Below are positions 1 to 7,013 of a stretch of 11,558 nucleotides of DNA, in pieces. Source of the stretch: Bdellovibrionales bacterium (GTDB lineage Bacteria > Bdellovibrionota > Bdellovibrionia > Bdellovibrionales > DASUEL01); assembly GCA_050250255.1 (NCBI GenBank), contig JBFWOZ010000070.1, positions 1-11,558 on the forward strand, written 5' to 3'. A program made the position numbers and the translations under genes. Numbering within the stretch: position 1 is the stretch's first letter; each line of letters begins with the position of its first letter. The notes under the pieces are model-generated. The model made no database searches. It was not told where the DNA came from and saw nothing but the letters and a program-made list of their open reading frames with translations.

Positions 1-2
1 AA

Positions 3-446
3 CAAGTCGCAAAGGCTTCACCGAGAGAGGCGACGCCTGAACGAATGAAATTTGTCAGCGAAGAAAGACTTAATCTTCAAATGGGGATCTCAGAGCAACT
101 TCAACAGAAATTAAAACGCGCTCAAGAGTTAGAATCTCAACGCCAACAAAAGCATGTGAGCCTTGAAGAAACGCTAGAAGCTTTACTGAATGTGTATTTA
201 GAGAAAAAAGATCCCGTTCAGAAGGCTCAAAAATTACAGCATCGCTCCAATTTCTCCGTCCCAGGACGAGTTGCACTGCGTGATCAGGGCCAGTGCACTT
301 ATCACAGCCAAAATGGCGAGCGTTGTACTGAAAGAAAATGGATTGATACCCATCATATCATTCCTAGAAGTAAAGGTGGGCAAGATACTTTTGAGAATCT
401 CATCACTTTATGTAAAGGACATCACCGGCTAGAGCATTCCCACTAG
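3..446 (+). CDS. HNH endonuclease, C-terminal part (gene begins upstream of the window); resembles DUF222-like helical domain + McrA-type HNH proteins
   Basis: The frame is open from base 3 (QVAKASPREATPER precedes the ORF-track Met at 45). The C-terminus RDQGQC...RC...DTHHIIPRSKGGQDTFENLITLCKGHH has the HH-P-GG-N-L-LC-xxH HNH pattern with Zn-binding Cys/His residues. Confidence 0.9.
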   Translation, partial: QVAKASPREATPERMKFVSEERLNLQMGISEQLQQKLKRAQELESQRQQKHVSLEETLEALLNVYLEKKDPVQKAQKLQHRSNFSVPGRVALRDQGQCTYHSQNGERCTERKWIDTHHIIPRSKGGQDTFENLITLCKGHHRLEHSH

Positions 447-465
447 TTAAAGTAAGAATAATAGA

Positions 466-542
466 ACTTTTGAATGCTTGGGCCCGAAGGGCCTGAGCGC
501 ATGGATGTGCGAACATTCAAAAGTCACAAGCATGGATGCTTG
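466..542 (+). repeat. Structured palindromic element (Y-shaped three-way junction plus an extra hairpin); REP/MITE-like repeat or ncRNA
   Basis: Perfect 11-bp IR ACTTTTGAATG (466-476)/CATTCAAAAGT (514-524). It encloses hairpin CTTGGGCCC-GAA-GGGCCTGAG (477-497, two G-U pairs) and hairpin GCGCA-TGGA-TGTGC (497-510). It is followed by perfect hairpin CAAGCA-TGGA-TGCTTG (527-542). Confidence 0.75.
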
Positions 543-639
543 ATCCGCAAGCAACTTATTTTGTGAAGAACATAGGCATATCAATAGGTGCGAACACACT
601 GTTGCATTTTAAAAATGTATCCCATAGTAAGTGCTGGGC

Positions 640-2193
640 TCAGGATGACTGGGTCGTTTTTTCGATTTCCACTCGTTGGAAAAGAGGGTCACCCATCGTA
701 ACTGTAGCACCTGGCTTTAAAAGGCCCCAGTGAAGTGCGTCTTCAAAACGAGGTTCGGTGGTCCACCCGACACGTTCTAAAACTTGTTGGGTTTTGGTAG
801 GCATAACCGGAGAAAGCAAGATTCCTGCAATTCTCAGAGTTTCCAGAGCGGCGTAAAGAGTTTCGGCCGTCATTTTTAAATCAGTTTTTGCGGATTTCCA
901 TGGAGCTCGGTTTTCTAAGTAGCGATTGGCTTCGGTAAGGAGATCGACGACGTGTCCGATCGCTAAATTAGGCTGCAACTGGAGAATGTCGGCTTTTAGT
1001 TTTTGCGCCGTCTGTGAGGCAATTTTAGAGAGCTGTACGGTCTCGGGACTATTTTCTGAAACTTCCGGCACTTTTCCATCAAAATATTTGCAAACGAGGT
1101 TAGTGCTACGGCTAACGAGATTACCAAAGTTGTTCGCAAGCTCAGAGTTCACTCGTTGAATCACAAGATCTTTAGAAAATTGAGCATCATTTCCGAAGAA
1201 AATATCTCGAGCTAAAAAGTATCGAAGCGGATCAACACCTACGATGTTTTTCATATCGAGAGGTTTGACCACTACACCTGTGGATTTACTCATTTTCGCG
1301 TTGTCTGCGGTGAGCCACCATCCATGAGCAAAAATCATTTTTGGAAGCGGAATCTGTAATGCAAAAAGCATCGTTGTCCAATAAACCGCGTGCGTGTTGA
1401 GAATGTCTTTTCCAATGATGTGATGAGCGACGGGCCAGAACTTTTCAAATTTTTCTTGTGAACCGTCTTGTTTGTATCCAATCGCCGTTGCGTAATTGAG
1501 AAGTGCATCGAACCACACGTAAGTAACATAATCCTTATCGAAGGGAAGTTCGATGCCCCAACTTAATCGGGCTTTCGGACGACTGATGCAAAGATCTTCT
1601 AGAGGTTTTCGTAGAAAACCCAAGACTTCGTTTTTTCTAAACTCTGGCTGAATAAATTCAGGATGTGACTCAATGTAGTCGACCAATTGTTTTTGGTACT
1701 TTGACATTTTGAAGAAATAATTTTTCTCAGTGATTTTTTGGAGTGTGTGGCCATTGGGACATTTTCCATCGGTAACATCCTTTTCTGTAAAAAAGATTTC
1801 GTCGCTGACGCAGTACCAGCCTTCGTAGCTTGCGGAATAGATATCGCCCTTATCAAAGAGTTCTTGCATCGCTCTTTGAACGCCGAGTTTGTGCGTGGGG
1901 AAAGTTGTACGCATGAAATGATCGTGTTGTACGTTGAGCTCTTTCCAAACTTCTTGAAATCTAAGGACGGTTTCGTTCACGTACTCTTGAGGATCTCGTT
2001 GAAGTTCTTTGGCTTTGTTTTCTACTTTTTGTCCGTGCTCATCAGTTCCGGTGAGAAAGTAAGTGTTGTAGCCGAAGAGGCGATGATAGCGGGCAAGGAT
2101 GTCGGTCACGACGGTCGTGTAAGCATGCCCAATGTGAGGCGTGTCGTTGACGTAATAAATGGGAGTTGTGAAATAAATATTTTGTGAACTCAC
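640..2193 (-). CDS. metG: Methionine--tRNA ligase, short form without C-terminal tRNA-binding domain
   Basis: TTPIYYVN, class I HIGH (PHIGHAY), GTDEHGQK, a single knuckle (CVSDE...CPNGH), YVWFDAL, IGKDI and KMSKS motifs; 517 aa. The GTG start overlaps the lpxD TGA stop. Confidence 0.98.
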   Translation of the reverse strand: MSSQNIYFTTPIYYVNDTPHIGHAYTTVVTDILARYHRLFGYNTYFLTGTDEHGQKVENKAKELQRDPQEYVNETVLRFQEVWKELNVQHDHFMRTTFPTHKLGVQRAMQELFDKGDIYSASYEGWYCVSDEIFFTEKDVTDGKCPNGHTLQKITEKNYFFKMSKYQKQLVDYIESHPEFIQPEFRKNEVLGFLRKPLEDLCISRPKARLSWGIELPFDKDYVTYVWFDALLNYATAIGYKQDGSQEKFEKFWPVAHHIIGKDILNTHAVYWTTMLFALQIPLPKMIFAHGWWLTADNAKMSKSTGVVVKPLDMKNIVGVDPLRYFLARDIFFGNDAQFSKDLVIQRVNSELANNFGNLVSRSTNLVCKYFDGKVPEVSENSPETVQLSKIASQTAQKLKADILQLQPNLAIGHVVDLLTEANRYLENRAPWKSAKTDLKMTAETLYAALETLRIAGILLSPVMPTKTQQVLERVGWTTEPRFEDALHWGLLKPGATVTMGDPLFQRVEIEKTTQSS

Positions 2194-3245
2194 TTGGAAT
2201 CCTTTTCGAGGAGTCTTGAAAGTCGAGCAAGCTCTTTTCTCATTTCTGGGAGTGAGGGTAAGCTCGCCGTGGTTTTCAAATAATCTTTAATTTTTTGAAG
2301 AGGGTAGCCGCCGTAGTCGCCGGGTTCTGTTACGTCTTTCGTCACGACGCTGACTCCGCCCAAACGGACACCGCTTGCGAGGGTAACATGATCTGTAATG
2401 CTAACACGACCGCCAGCCATCACGTTGTCGCCGATATGCGAGGATCCAGCGAGGCCAAAGCCAAACGCGAGGACACAGTTTTTTCCGACGGTGGAATTGT
2501 GAGCCAGGTGTACATAGTTATCGGTGACGGTGCCTGCACCCACTCTTGTCGCACCGAAGGTGCTTCGGTCGATCGAGCAGTGAGAACCAAGTTCTACACG
2601 GTCTTCAATCACAACATTTCCAATTTGCGGAATTCGGTAGTGATTTCCCTTTTCGTCGTGGGAAAAGCCATAACCTTCGCTTCCAATGGTCGTATGTGGA
2701 TGGATGACACATTCACTTCCAACAACACAATCGGCAGCAATAACAACATGAGGCCAAAGTTTGGTGTTAGAGCCAATTTTTACGCGATCTTCAATCACGC
2801 AATGGGCGCTCACTACGATGTTTTCGCCAAGTTGAACTTCCGCTCCGATCACAACGTAAGGGCCGATATGGCAAGAAGTAGGAACTTTGGTTTTAGGTGA
2901 GATTACGGCCGTTGGATGTACTCCAGCCAGAGCTTTATCGAGAGGGGCATAGCGACCCATGATTTTTTGAGTGAGCTTTGCTTGAGCTAAGCCGACGTTT
3001 TTAGAGAAAAACACAATCTGTTGAGGGTTTGCGGGAACTTTGTCTTTCCATCTCAAAGAAGTCACAATTGCTGTCGCTTTGGACTGTAACGCCGAAAGAA
3101 GCGTCTTTTCGTCTTGTGCAAACACGAGGCTGCTCGCGGCTGGAGTTTCTACAGGACTCACAAGGTGAATCATGTTAGATAAAGGGCCGACAGCATCGAC
3201 AAGAAGCTCCGAAAATTGGTCTTTGAGTGATTGTGCAGTGAACAT
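2190..3245 (-). CDS. lpxD: UDP-3-O-(3-hydroxyacyl)glucosamine N-acyltransferase
   Basis: N-terminal uridine-binding domain, hexapeptide left-handed beta-helix repeats, IGSEGYGF, IPQIGNVVIEDRVELG..IDR, DNYVHLAHN with catalytic His, YGGYP and a C-terminal helix. Confidence 0.96.
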   Translation of the reverse strand: MFTAQSLKDQFSELLVDAVGPLSNMIHLVSPVETPAASSLVFAQDEKTLLSALQSKATAIVTSLRWKDKVPANPQQIVFFSKNVGLAQAKLTQKIMGRYAPLDKALAGVHPTAVISPKTKVPTSCHIGPYVVIGAEVQLGENIVVSAHCVIEDRVKIGSNTKLWPHVVIAADCVVGSECVIHPHTTIGSEGYGFSHDEKGNHYRIPQIGNVVIEDRVELGSHCSIDRSTFGATRVGAGTVTDNYVHLAHNSTVGKNCVLAFGFGLAGSSHIGDNVMAGGRVSITDHVTLASGVRLGGVSVVTKDVTEPGDYGGYPLQKIKDYLKTTASLPSLPEMRKELARLSRLLEKDSK

Positions 3246-3280
3246 TACTCATGGCTACAGAGGGGCTCCGTTTGGAGCAA
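3246..3280 (-). promoter_or_regulatory. Putative sigma70-type promoter giving a leaderless lpxD-metG mRNA
   Basis: Minus strand TTGCTC (3280-3275), 17 nt, TAGCCA (3257-3252), 6 nt, ATG (3245). No convincing Shine-Dalgarno. Confidence 0.55.
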
Positions 3281-3309
3281 TTGTTTACGCAACGCAAGAT
3301 TTATAAAAC

Positions 3310-3356
3310 GTGACTCTAATCGCGAGCTTCTGTAACTACAAACCGTTAAGAGAGGT
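3310..3356 (+). promoter_or_regulatory. Possible promoter and Shine-Dalgarno of the histone-like gene
   Basis: GTGACT (3310-3315), 17 nt, TAACTA (3333-3338). SD AGAGGT at 3351-3356, 5 nt before ATG 3362. The SD is clear; the promoter match is weak. Confidence 0.4.
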
Positions 3357-3361
3357 ACCGC

Positions 3362-3916
3362 ATGCCCGCGAAAAAATCGCCTTCAAAAACGCCGTCGAAA
3401 TTAGCGACAAAAGAAACTCCTAAAAAAGCGGTAGCCGCTAAAAAGCCTATTGAGAAAAAGGCTACGGAAAAAAAGCCTGTCGAGAAGAAAGCTGTCGACA
3501 AAAAAGTTGCAGAGAAAAAAACGGTTGCTAAGCCAGCTCCGGCTTCAGCTAAAGAAGTGAAGGCGCCGAAAGTTTCTCCAAGTACTCTTAAGGGAAAAAC
3601 GACAGCAGAAGACGCTCCGGTGAAAGTACCCAAAGTCCCAAAGGTTAAAAAGACGAAGGAAGAAAAGAAGGCAGAAAAAGCTGCGGCTAAAGAAGCTCTT
3701 CAGCTCGAAAATGCCAATGCGGACTGGTTAGAGCTCCATAAGCAATTTAAAAACATGAAACCAATGCCGTACGCAATGTCGGAACAATATCCTGAAAAAT
3801 GTGTGATTAATCACAAGGTTTTAGGGGTCGGTTTTGTGGTGAAAAACATCAATGATCGCATCGATGTCGTCTTTAAAGACGGCCAAAAAACCTTAATCAC
3901 TAATTACAAAAAGTAA
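3362..3916 (+). CDS. Lys/Ala/Pro-rich histone H1-like protein with C-terminal Tudor/SH3-like beta domain
   Basis: Good SD. The N-terminal ~115 aa is K/A/P/E low complexity. The C-terminal INHKVLGVGFVVKNINDRIDVVFKDGQKTLITNY resembles the V.H..FG.G.V...V.F..G.K.L pattern of the UvrD/PcrA C-terminal Tudor-like domain. Confidence 0.8.
   Translation: MPAKKSPSKTPSKLATKETPKKAVAAKKPIEKKATEKKPVEKKAVDKKVAEKKTVAKPAPASAKEVKAPKVSPSTLKGKTTAEDAPVKVPKVPKVKKTKEEKKAEKAAAKEALQLENANADWLELHKQFKNMKPMPYAMSEQYPEKCVINHKVLGVGFVVKNINDRIDVVFKDGQKTLITNYKK
3437..3526 (+). repeat. Six degenerate 15-bp coding repeats (xKKxx pentapeptide)
   Basis: AKKPI EKKAT EKKPV EKKAV DKKVA EKKTV. Confidence 0.85.
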
Positions 3917-3917
3917 C

Positions 3918-4036
3918 GAAATCATTTTAATTCTTCAGCTACGGCGTTGCTCGGTCGGGCCACTTGTGCGACGGACAGGAGCCCGTCTCCGCGTGACCCT
4001 CGGTCGCGCCTTGTATCTGAAGTTTAAAATGATTTC
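3918..4036. mobile_element. 119-bp fold-back element, ERIC/MITE-like architecture
   Basis: Perfect 13-bp terminal IR GAAATCATTTTAA (3918-3930)/TTAAAATGATTTC (4024-4036). Nested stems CTTCAG/CTGAAG, TAC-GGCG/CGCC-TT-GTA, GGGCCAC/GTGACCC and GACGG/CCGTC. The minus strand carries CAAGGCG...CAACGC as in ERIC-type repeats. Lies between convergent genes. Confidence 0.7.
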
Positions 4037-4097
4037 TGTAGAACGTGCCTTTTACGGATAGGGCTTAACGATTTTGGTGGCATATTGCGATCTGAAG

Positions 4098-4316
4098 TTA
4101 TTTGTGGCGGAACATGATGAGGCCGTGAGTAGGATCGTAAGGTGAAACACCTACGGTTACTTTATCGCCCACGACGACGCGGATATTGAATCTGCGCATT
4201 TTGCCGCACAGTTTTGCGTTGATCACAACAGCGTTTTCTAGCTCTACTTTATAAAGTCCGCCAGCTGCTGCATCCACTACTTTGCCCTCTAATTGGGCTA
4301 AATCTTCTCTTGCCAT
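4098..4316 (-). CDS. infA: Translation initiation factor IF-1
   Basis: 72 aa from ATG 4316: MAREDLAQLEGKV...YKVELEN...GKMRRFNIRVVVGDKVTVGVSPYDPTHGLIMFRHK matches IF-1 in length and motifs. The ORF-track extension to 4355 is not IF-1-like. Confidence 0.97.
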   Translation of the reverse strand: MAREDLAQLEGKVVDAAAGGLYKVELENAVVINAKLCGKMRRFNIRVVVGDKVTVGVSPYDPTHGLIMFRHK

Positions 4317-4351
4317 TCCTAGGGTGTAGCTTATCCCCAAGTATTTGACAA
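4317..4351 (-). promoter_or_regulatory. Putative promoter giving a leaderless infA mRNA
   Basis: Minus strand TTGTCA (4351-4346), 17 nt, TACACC (4328-4323), 6 nt, ATG (4316). AGGA abuts the ATG with no spacer, so it is not a usable SD. Confidence 0.55.
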
Positions 4352-4364
4352 CCACGTTCTCCCT

Positions 4365-6839
4365 ATGGCTCTCTCTATGTCTATGAGCAAGGTGATGACT
4401 TTAGAAGTGTACTTTTCCAAAACTCTTAAGGGTATTCCTTTTCGTTCAGCGCAAGCTGTTCTGGAAATGAGTGCCGATGGAGCGACGGTTCCTTTTATGG
4501 CCCGTTACCGTAAAGAAAAGACGGGGAATCTCGACGAAGTACAAATTCGTCAGATTTTAGATGCCCAGGAAGAATATAACGAAATCATTCAGCGTCAGAG
4601 CCACATCATGAAGGAAATCGAGAAGCAAAATCAGCTCTCTCCAGATCTTCAAGAGCGTATTTTAGCTTCTATGGACTTAACCGAACTTGAAGAAATCTAT
4701 CGCCCTTTCAAGAAAAAGAAAAAAACCAAAGCCACCGTGGCTCGCGAAGCGGGTTTGGAACCATTAGCAAACTGGATTTGGGAATTGGGTCATGGCGAGA
4801 TCAAAGACAGTACTGTCATCGAAGTGAAGGCCAAAGAATATCTCAATATCCCGCTCGGTATTGTGACTTATGAGCTCGCCTTAAAGGGCGCGCAAGATAT
4901 TTTGGTTGAGAAAATTCATAACAATCCCGATTTACGTTCCTATGTAAGAAAAGAATATTTGGAGCAAGGTTTCCTTGTTTCAAAGAAAACAAAAACGTTT
5001 AAAGCGCATTCAAAATTTGAAATGTATGCTGATTTTAAAGATAAAGTGACGGCTCTTCGAACCGCAAAAGCTTCTCATCGTTATTTGGCGATGAGACGGG
5101 GTTGGCAAGAGGGCGAACTTGCTCTTAGTTTCGAAGCTGATACTCAAGGAATTGAAAATAGGTTCGTACAATTTGCTTGTTCTGTCCCGGGAACGCAGGT
5201 GAGCGAGTTTCTCGCTCAAAGTGCGAAGATCGCTCTGAACCAACACGTGATCCCATCGATCTCTAACGAAATCCACTCACTTTTAAAAGAAGAGGCCGAT
5301 AAGTTTGCCATTCAGGTTTTCAGTGAAAACGTGAAACGTGTTCTTTTATCAAGCCCTTTCGGTGCGAAGTGGGTGCTTGGAGTAGATCCCGGTGTGAGAA
5401 CAGGTTGTAAAATTGCGCTTGTTGATCAAAGTGGAAATTACATTACCAATACCGTGATCAATATTTTGGATGCAGGTGCGGATACAAAGGCTCAAGAACT
5501 TTTAAAAGAATTAATCACACGTCTTGAGGCCATTGCCGTTGGTAACGGAACCGCTGGACGAGAAACATTTAGTTTCTTTAGAAAAGTCGTGACGGCTCTT
5601 GGTGCGACAACTCCGGTTGTGATGGTCAACGAGTCTGGAGCAAGTGTTTACTCGGCTTCGGAAGTGGCTCGCGAAGAGTTCCCAGAGCTTGATCTGACAG
5701 TGCGGGGGGCGATTTCGATTGCTCGCCGGCTACAAGATCCTTTAGCGGAACTTGTGAAGATTGATCCTAAGAGCATTGGTGTGGGTCAGTACCAACATGA
5801 TGTTTCACAAACTCTTTTAAAGAAGAGCCTCGATTTCGTTGTGGAATCTTGCGTGAACAAAGTGGGTGTCGATCTTAATACTGCGAGCGAATATCTTCTT
5901 CGCTACATTTCAGGAATTGGTCCGGCGCTTGCGAAAAATATTGTGGAACATCGAAAAAAGAATGGTCTTTTTCAATCGCGAGATGCTTTGACAAAAGTTC
6001 CTCATTTTTCAACCAAAGCTTATGAGCAAGCCGCTGGATTTTTAAGAATTCCTTCAAGCCCAAACCCTCTCGATAAAACAGGCATTCATCCTGAGCGCTA
6101 TCCCGTGGTACGAGATATCGCGCAAGATTTGGGTGTGAATCTTTCTAGCCTCATCGGCGCTGGCGCAAAACAAATTTTAGAACATCGAACAAAGTGGGCC
6201 GAGCTTGTCGGTGAATACACCTTTGATGATATCGTAAAAGAGCTAGAGGCGCCTGGCCGCGATCCGCGAGATCCGTTCAAAATCTTTAACTTCCGCGATG
6301 ACGTAAATCAAATCTCGGATCTTAAAGAGGGAATGATCTGTCCCGGTATCGTGACGAACGTCACAAACTTCGGGGCCTTTGTCGATATCGGTGTTCACCA
6401 AGATGGTCTTGTTCATATCTCTGAACTGGCGGATCAATTTGTCGATGATCCACAAAAAGTGGTAAGTCCGGGCGATACGGTCACAGTAAAAGTCATGGCT
6501 GCGAATTTAGAAAAGAATCAAATTTCTCTTTCCATGCGTCTTCAGGAAAAAACTCCACGTGCAGAACGTGCGCCAAGAGCAGATGCTCCTCGAGAGCAGC
6601 GACCTCGTCGTGGACCACCTCCGCAAGCTCGTGGAGAAGGTGGACCGCGCGCTCAAGGCGGACGAACGGCTCAACGTGATGATCGATCAAGAGGTCCTCG
6701 TGGAGATAACAGAGGCGACAATCGCGGCCGCGATCAAAATCGTGACAAACGAGATGATCGACCAAGAAAACCCGCAGCACCACCGCTCAACAATGCGTTT
6801 GCCTCGCTTGCGAATCTCCGCGATCAATTAAAAAAGTAA
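4365..6839 (+). CDS. tex: Tex-family RNA-binding transcriptional accessory protein (YqgF-like, HhH and S1 domains); true start may be ATG 4377, 4383 or 4395
   Basis: GATVPFMARYRKEKTGNLDE, LGVDPGVRTGCK, VNESGASVYSAS, RGAISIARRLQDPLAELVKIDPKSIGVGQYQHDV, VGVDLNTAS, S1 domain VTNVTNFGAFVDIGVHQDGLVHISEL. Confidence 0.97.
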   Translation: MALSMSMSKVMTLEVYFSKTLKGIPFRSAQAVLEMSADGATVPFMARYRKEKTGNLDEVQIRQILDAQEEYNEIIQRQSHIMKEIEKQNQLSPDLQERILASMDLTELEEIYRPFKKKKKTKATVAREAGLEPLANWIWELGHGEIKDSTVIEVKAKEYLNIPLGIVTYELALKGAQDILVEKIHNNPDLRSYVRKEYLEQGFLVSKKTKTFKAHSKFEMYADFKDKVTALRTAKASHRYLAMRRGWQEGELALSFEADTQGIENRFVQFACSVPGTQVSEFLAQSAKIALNQHVIPSISNEIHSLLKEEADKFAIQVFSENVKRVLLSSPFGAKWVLGVDPGVRTGCKIALVDQSGNYITNTVINILDAGADTKAQELLKELITRLEAIAVGNGTAGRETFSFFRKVVTALGATTPVVMVNESGASVYSASEVAREEFPELDLTVRGAISIARRLQDPLAELVKIDPKSIGVGQYQHDVSQTLLKKSLDFVVESCVNKVGVDLNTASEYLLRYISGIGPALAKNIVEHRKKNGLFQSRDALTKVPHFSTKAYEQAAGFLRIPSSPNPLDKTGIHPERYPVVRDIAQDLGVNLSSLIGAGAKQILEHRTKWAELVGEYTFDDIVKELEAPGRDPRDPFKIFNFRDDVNQISDLKEGMICPGIVTNVTNFGAFVDIGVHQDGLVHISELADQFVDDPQKVVSPGDTVTVKVMAANLEKNQISLSMRLQEKTPRAERAPRADAPREQRPRRGPPPQARGEGGPRAQGGRTAQRDDRSRGPRGDNRGDNRGRDQNRDKRDDRPRKPAAPPLNNAFASLANLRDQLKK

Positions 6840-6966
6840 TTTGTCTCACGTTTATAGTCATATCATCATCAAGATGGATTTTCGGAAGTCATATGCGCTA
6901 TATGATTCTCAATGTTTTGTTGCGCACTAAGAGCAGCATGGAATACATGGGTGTAACTTTTATAGA

Positions 6967-6984
6967 GTGAGCAAATTTGCTCAC
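6967..6984. promoter_or_regulatory. Perfect 18-bp palindrome, candidate operator
   Basis: GTGAGCAAATTTGCTCAC is its own reverse complement. An extra half-site TTGCTCA lies at 6999-7005. It sits about 65 bp upstream of an HTH gene. Confidence 0.6.
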
Positions 6985-7013
6985 GAAGAAGTGTTATCTT
7001 GCTCATTATTGCG

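Noticed and set aside
447..640. CRISPR array or tRNA in the intergenic gaps
   Set aside because: No regularly spaced 23-47-bp repeats and no cloverleaf with T-loop/anticodon consensus here or in the other gaps.
536..733. 65-aa + strand ORF after the hairpins
   Set aside because: Starts inside a hairpin loop, overlaps the metG 3' end antisense, and has no recognisable features.
1738..2187. 149-aa + strand ORF (and other small ORFs inside metG)
   Set aside because: Antisense or out-of-frame shadows of a well-conserved gene; no motifs or RBS.
2295..2900. 201-aa + strand ORF
   Set aside because: Fully antisense to lpxD; openness is explained by lpxD codon usage.
3346..3633. 95-aa Phe-rich minus ORF that looks like a membrane protein
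   Set aside because: Mirror of the Lys (AAA/AAG) repeats on the + strand.
466..4036. The two fold-back elements as ends of one composite transposon or members of one family
   Set aside because: Only weak AT-rich similarity in the outer arms, different internal motifs, and they flank housekeeping genes with no transposase.
4317..4355. N-terminal extension of IF-1 in the ORF track
   Set aside because: IF-1 homology starts at MARED (4316); the extension covers the predicted promoter.
6493..6831. Alternative-frame ORFs over the Tex tail
   Set aside because: Expected by-product of GC-rich low-complexity coding sequence.
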